DNA from: Candidatus Bipolaricaulota bacterium
GTDB taxonomy: Bacteria > Bipolaricaulota > Bipolaricaulia > UBA7950 > UBA9294
Direction: 5' to 3'
DNA length: 10,239 nucleotides
Assembly (NCBI GenBank): GCA_015485945.1
Contig: WFSM01000096.1
Location: 1-10,239 of the forward strand
In this document: positions 6,726-10,239 of the stretch, one piece after another
Numbering within the stretch: the stretch's first letter is position 1
Layout of the letters: each line of letters opens with the position of its first letter
Notes under the pieces: generated by a model
Told to the model about the DNA's origin: nothing
Database searches by the model: none
Seen by the model: the letters and a program-made list of their open reading frames with translations, nothing else
Translations under genes and position numbers: made by a program

Positions 6726-7963
6726 TGTACGCGCTGATTCATCAGGACACGCATTCCCGCGCTCGCACCGGAGTAATCCACACCGCGCACGGGGACGTCG
6801 CCACTCCGGCGTTTGTGGCGGTGGCAACGCGGGCAAGCGTCAAAGCGGTCGAACCGGATGCGATCCGTGAAATCGGCGTTCAAATGGTGATTTCCAACTC
6901 TTATCACCTTCACCTGCGACCGGGCGAGGACACGATCGCCCGCCTCGGGGGGCTGCACGGGTTCTCAGGGTGGAACGGGCCGACGATGACTGATTCCGGC
7001 GGGTTTCAGGTGTTCAGCCTCGGCGCGGGCAAGGAACACGGGGTGGGCAAGGTAGCGTCGATATTCCCGGGTGAGGACCGCCCTCGCCAACCGGGCAACT
7101 ACAAACAGGGAAAATCACTCGTAAAACTGACCGAGGACGGAGTGTGGTTCCGGTCGGTGATCGACGGCTCACCGCGGTTCTTTTCCCCGGAGAGCGTGAT
7201 CGAACTCGAGCGCAACCTCGGAGCGGATATCATCCTCGTGTTGGACGAGTGCACGTCACCGCTGCACGACTACGCCTACACCAAGAACGCGATGGAGCGC
7301 ACCCACCGCTGGGCAGCGCGGGCGGTAGCCGCATTCGCCCGCCTTCATGATGAGGTTTGGTTTCCCAACCCGGAGCAACATCTATTCGGAATCGTTCAGG
7401 GCGGAGCGTACGAGGATCTACGGACCGAGAGCGCACGTACGATCGCCACAATGGGGTTCGCCGGGTTCGCGATCGGAGGATCGCTGGGAAAATCCAAGTC
7501 CGACATGTACCACGTCCTTGACTGGACGATCCCTATATTGCCGGCGGACAGGCCGCGCCACCTGCTTGGGATCGGTGAGATTGAAGACATCTTCGCTGCG
7601 GTGCGTCGCGGTGTGGATACGTTCGACTGTGCCGCCCCGACGCGAATCGCCCGTAATGGAACGGTGTTCGTCAAGGAAGCACCGCGCCACCGCATCAACC
7701 TGCGCAACGCGCGGTTCCGCGATGACTTCCGCCCGATTGACCCGACGTGTGACTGCTTCACGTGTCGCCACCACTCCCGCGCCTACCTGCGCCACCTGTG
7801 CCGTGCTGGTGAGCTGTCATTCTACCGGCTAACGACCATTCACAACCTGCGGTTTCTCACCCGACTGATGGCTGAGATCAGAGATGCGATCGGTGCCGAC
7901 CGATTCGACGCACTCGCCGCCGAGTGGGGTGTCGTCACCGGTTACCCTGACTCGACGGACTGA
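6725..7963 (+). CDS. tgt: queuine/tRNA-guanine transglycosylase
   Basis: The ATG at 6725 overlaps the preceding TGA as TGATG. The N-terminus, MYALIHQDTHSRARTGVIHTAHGDVATPAFVAVAT, parallels E. coli Tgt. Catalytic-Asp and zinc motifs are present: TDSGGFQVFSL, LDEC, LLGIGEIED and the zinc site CDCFTCRHH...H. The track's N-terminal extension from 6389 is Arg-rich and overlaps the Qng1-like gene, so I rejected it. Confidence 0.9.
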   Translation: MYALIHQDTHSRARTGVIHTAHGDVATPAFVAVATRASVKAVEPDAIREIGVQMVISNSYHLHLRPGEDTIARLGGLHGFSGWNGPTMTDSGGFQVFSLGAGKEHGVGKVASIFPGEDRPRQPGNYKQGKSLVKLTEDGVWFRSVIDGSPRFFSPESVIELERNLGADIILVLDECTSPLHDYAYTKNAMERTHRWAARAVAAFARLHDEVWFPNPEQHLFGIVQGGAYEDLRTESARTIATMGFAGFAIGGSLGKSKSDMYHVLDWTIPILPADRPRHLLGIGEIEDIFAAVRRGVDTFDCAAPTRIARNGTVFVKEAPRHRINLRNARFRDDFRPIDPTCDCFTCRHHSRAYLRHLCRAGELSFYRLTTIHNLRFLTRLMAEIRDAIGADRFDALAAEWGVVTGYPDSTD

Positions 7964-8472
7964 GAATGATCGAATCGACACCCCGGGCACAAATCTCCGT
8001 CCCCGAAAAACACGACTCCGCACCGCACGCATCGCTTCGCACCCGCGGCTAGCAGTGCTGCCTCCCGCTGGCGTAGAGTGACGTACAGCCGGGTGAACGA
8101 CCGTTGCAGTTGGGGGTCAGGCACACCCGCGAACATGTGTGCTGCATCCGCCGGCAACTGGGGATCATGCGGAGGGTGCGGTATCCGGCGTGGGAGTGGT
8201 ATCCGCCCGGGGATAAACCGGATTTCACGCACGACGGCCGCTCCGACTGCCTGATTGAGACGGGCGATGTACTGTTCCCGAAGTAAGAATAGCTCCTGGC
8301 GGGCGGCAGCTGAATTCACAGCGACTGTAAGGATTCCATCAGTGAATCGGATTGGCTTAGTAATGCGGGCAATTTGGGGGCCACCGATTTCTGGCCATAA
8401 CAGTAATGGTTGTTGGGCACTAAACTTTTCCCCCAGATTGTAGCGGCGTAGTACTTCAGTTACCCAGTTCAT
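7942..8472 (-). CDS. dciA: DUF721/DciA-like protein (putative replicative helicase operator) with C-terminal CxxC...CxxC zinc-ribbon tail
   Basis: The 176 aa ORF carries the DUF721 pattern W-x-E-IGG-x-IA...DG-ILTVAV-NSAAARQEL...RLNQAVG...IRFIPG, recalled from memory. A Pro-rich linker follows, then CVRCGVVFFGDGDLCPGC. The gene lies directly beside dnaA/oriC and overlaps the tgt 3' end convergently by 22 nt. No clear SD is present, and the N-terminal coding region has lower GC. Confidence 0.65.
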   Translation of the reverse strand: MNWVTEVLRRYNLGEKFSAQQPLLLWPEIGGPQIARITKPIRFTDGILTVAVNSAAARQELFLLREQYIARLNQAVGAAVVREIRFIPGRIPLPRRIPHPPHDPQLPADAAHMFAGVPDPQLQRSFTRLYVTLRQREAALLAAGAKRCVRCGVVFFGDGDLCPGCRFDHSQSVESG

Positions 8473-8762
8473 TTAAAGGACCTGTAGGAGTTGTAGTGGG
8501 GACATTAGTCTGGGGAAAAGGGCACGATTGTCGATCCTGTCCAGTGTAACCGTTGGGGAAAACCCTGTGGATAACCTGTTCATAACGGTGGAAAACAGTG
8601 GATATGCGCTGGGGAGAACTTTGCCCGTAGTTGTTCACTGTACTTTTCCACAACGAACAGCGCTTTTTCACCACTTTTCCGCCCCTTTTCCCCAGGGTTT
8701 TCCACAGGGAGCCGATAGTCACTCGCTTGCTGTGTTGCCGTCTATACACGTGTTTCCGAAGT
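8473..8762. other. candidate chromosomal replication origin (oriC): DnaA-box cluster in the dnaA-dciA intergenic spacer
   Basis: A perfect DnaA box, TGTGGATAA, lies at 8566..8574. One-mismatch boxes TTTTCCACA lie at 8644..8652 and 8698..8706. Two-mismatch boxes lie at 8587..8595 (GGTGGAAAA) and 8597..8605 (AGTGGATAT). The spacer sits immediately downstream of dnaA. Confidence 0.6.
8511..8694. repeat. inverted repeat TGGGGAAAAGGG(c/g) at 8511..8523 and 8682..8694 flanking the DnaA-box cluster; a third partial copy TGGGGAAAACCC lies at 8554..8565
   Basis: The reverse complement of 8682..8694 (ccccttttcccca) is tggggaaaagggg. Plus 8511..8523 reads tggggaaaagggc. The two agree at 12 of 13 positions. 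Confidence 0.5.
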
Positions 8763-10103
8763 TCAACGAACGGTAAACCGGGCCCGCAGGCTCTCTTCAA
8801 TCTCTTTTATCTCCGCATGAAGGAGCGGCATCTCTTCGATGAGGGACTTAATCTTCATGTAGGAATGCATGATTGTGGTGTGATCTCGGTTTCCGAACTG
8901 GCGTCCGATAGCGGGAAACGACTGGTTGGTGAGCTCGCGTGTCAGGTAGATCGCGATATGACGCGCTTGGGAGATCTCTTTTTTGCGACTTGCCCCTTCG
9001 ATGTCGCGCCGTTTCAAGTGGTACCTGGTTGCAACTTCGTCCTTGATGTGCTCCGCGCTCAACCGCTCGCGCTTGCCCTCCTCGGGGAGCATGTCCTCCA
9101 GGGTGGTGGGGGTAAGGTTCTGGCCCTCCAGCTCGGCATGAGCGATCGCCCGGACGAGTGCTCCCTCCAATGCACGGACGTTGGATGAAATGCGGCTGGC
9201 GATCAGTTCGAGGATATCGTCATTTACAATCAATCCGCGGTTTTGCGCCTTTTCGCGCAGAATCGCGACCCTGGTCTCGAAATCCGGCGGTTGGATATCG
9301 GCCACTAACCCCCAGCGAAATCGAGATACCAACCGTTCCTGCAGCCCGGATAGCTCTTCGGGTGGGCGATCGCTCGACAGCACGATCTGCTTTTCGCGGC
9401 CGTATAGCTCGTTGAACGTATGGAACAATTCCTCCTGTGTTGCTTCCTTGCCTTGCAGAAAATGCACGTCGTCGATGAGAAGAAGATCGATGCGGCGGTA
9501 CTTCTCGCGAAACGCGGACGTGGTATTTCCCCGGATGGCGTTGATCAGCTCGATGGCGAACCGCTCCGATGTTGTGTACACGATTGTCATTGGTTGTTCG
9601 GATTGGAGAATAAAGTTGCCGATTGCCTGGAGAAGGTGGGTTTTACCCAACCCAACGCTTCCGTAGATGAACAGGGGGTTATACGCCTTGCCCGGCGCTT
9701 CGGCCACCGCCATTGACGCTGCGTACGCGAGGTGATTGTTTTTCCCGCGCACGAATTGGTCGAACGTGTAATCGGGATTGAGGGGGAGAGTGTTTCCGTG
9801 CACAGCTATCCGTGTTGGCGAGATTGAGGGGGGAGAAAGATCATCATGCTTTGTCTCGGCGACCGCGAAATTAATCGCAAGCTGATCGCCGAAGTGAGCT
9901 TGGCTGAGCCGATCGATGATGTTCCGATAGCGCCGCTCGATCCCGCCTTTGATGAAACTGTCCGGAACTGCGACGACGAGTTGGTCGTCCGTCATTTGCA
10001 GCGGCCGTGTCTCACCAAACCACGTTTCAAAACTGGCGCGCGGGAGTTCCTTTCGCAATCCAGAAAGGATACTTTCCCAGACGGCCATGGGATTTTCATT
10101 CAT
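8763..10103 (-). CDS. dnaA: chromosomal replication initiator protein DnaA
   Basis: The 446 aa ORF opens with a DnaA-like N-terminus (VWESILSGLRKELPRASFETWFGETRP). It has an AAA+ Walker A (GSVGLGKTHLLQAIGN) and Walker B (LLLIDDVHFL). The C-terminal DnaA-box-binding signature RDHTTIMHSYMKIKSL is present. GAGGGG lies 6 nt upstream of the ATG at 10103. Confidence 0.95.
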   Translation of the reverse strand: MNENPMAVWESILSGLRKELPRASFETWFGETRPLQMTDDQLVVAVPDSFIKGGIERRYRNIIDRLSQAHFGDQLAINFAVAETKHDDLSPPSISPTRIAVHGNTLPLNPDYTFDQFVRGKNNHLAYAASMAVAEAPGKAYNPLFIYGSVGLGKTHLLQAIGNFILQSEQPMTIVYTTSERFAIELINAIRGNTTSAFREKYRRIDLLLIDDVHFLQGKEATQEELFHTFNELYGREKQIVLSSDRPPEELSGLQERLVSRFRWGLVADIQPPDFETRVAILREKAQNRGLIVNDDILELIASRISSNVRALEGALVRAIAHAELEGQNLTPTTLEDMLPEEGKRERLSAEHIKDEVATRYHLKRRDIEGASRKKEISQARHIAIYLTRELTNQSFPAIGRQFGNRDHTTIMHSYMKIKSLIEEMPLLHAEIKEIEESLRARFTVR

Positions 10104-10123
10104 CGGACGCCCCTCATCGCCTA

Positions 10124-10153
10124 ACCATAGCGGAATAAACCTTAACCCGTCAA
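10124..10153 (-). promoter_or_regulatory. putative dnaA promoter (TTGACG-18 nt-TATGGT) in the 59 bp spacer between tRNA-Phe and dnaA
   Basis: On the minus strand, a -35 TTGACG lies at 10153..10148 and a -10 TATGGT at 10129..10124. The call rests on motif only; the spacer is 18 nt. Confidence 0.3.
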
Positions 10154-10162
10154 GGGAAAGCC

Positions 10163-10238
10163 TGGTGCCGAGGCCCAGATTCGAACTGGGGACACCGGCC
10201 TTTTCAGGGCCGTGCTCTACCGCCTGAGCTACCTCGGC
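10163..10238 (-). tRNA. tRNA-Phe (anticodon GAA)
   Basis: The reverse complement of 10163..10238 reads GCCGAGGTAGCTCAGGCGGTAGAGCACGGCCCTGAAAAGGCCGGTGTCCCCAGTTCGAATCTGGGCCTCGGCACCA. This is 76 nt and folds as a cloverleaf. The acceptor stem is GCCGAGG/CCTCGGC, the anticodon loop is CTGAAAA (GAA), the T-loop is TTCGAATC, and the 3' CCA is encoded. Confidence 0.9.
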
Positions 10239-10239
10239 G

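Noticed and set aside
1-10239. Mobile elements, CRISPR arrays and integrases
   Set aside because: I found no transposase or integrase-like ORFs, no terminal inverted repeats and no regularly spaced direct repeats. The tRNA-Phe could in principle be an integration target, but nothing island-like lies between it and dnaA.

Overview
This GC-rich (~60%) bacterial chromosomal window is fully coding apart from short intergenic spacers, and contains the replication-origin neighbourhood. I found no mobile elements and no CRISPR arrays. All proposed gene starts rest on a purine-rich SD-like RBS or on start/stop overlap; domain and family names are recalled from memory and could not be searched.

On the minus strand the order is tRNA-Phe(GAA), then dnaA, then a ~290 bp oriC-like spacer, then a DUF721/DciA-like gene. 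The spacer carries one perfect and several near-consensus DnaA boxes, phased T-tracts and a flanking inverted repeat. No dnaN follows dnaA.

The centre of the window holds a plus-strand module of three genes joined by ATGA (TGATG) stop/start overlaps. The first is a class I SAM methyltransferase with an unusual C-terminal extension. The second is a DUF2419/Qng1-like protein, the eukaryote-type queuosine-to-queuine salvage hydrolase. The third is Tgt, whose substrate-pocket motif resembles eukaryotic QTRT1 (queuine-type) rather than the bacterial preQ1-type enzyme. I take this as the most interesting system here: a bacterial eukaryote-like queuine salvage operon carrying an uncharacterised methyltransferase. 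A secreted DUF4015 glycoside-hydrolase-like protein lies just upstream of it.

The left part encodes a minus-strand run of three genes. First is a signal-peptide right-handed beta-helix (NosD/PbH1-repeat) protein with a C-terminal DUF192 domain. The six-frame ORF over-extends its N-terminus; I place the real start at 3424, behind a strong RBS. Next is a translationally coupled HAD-IB phosphatase-like hydrolase. Last is an SPFH/band-7 stomatin-like protein.

Many long antisense ORFs in the track are Arg-rich artefacts of high GC content.
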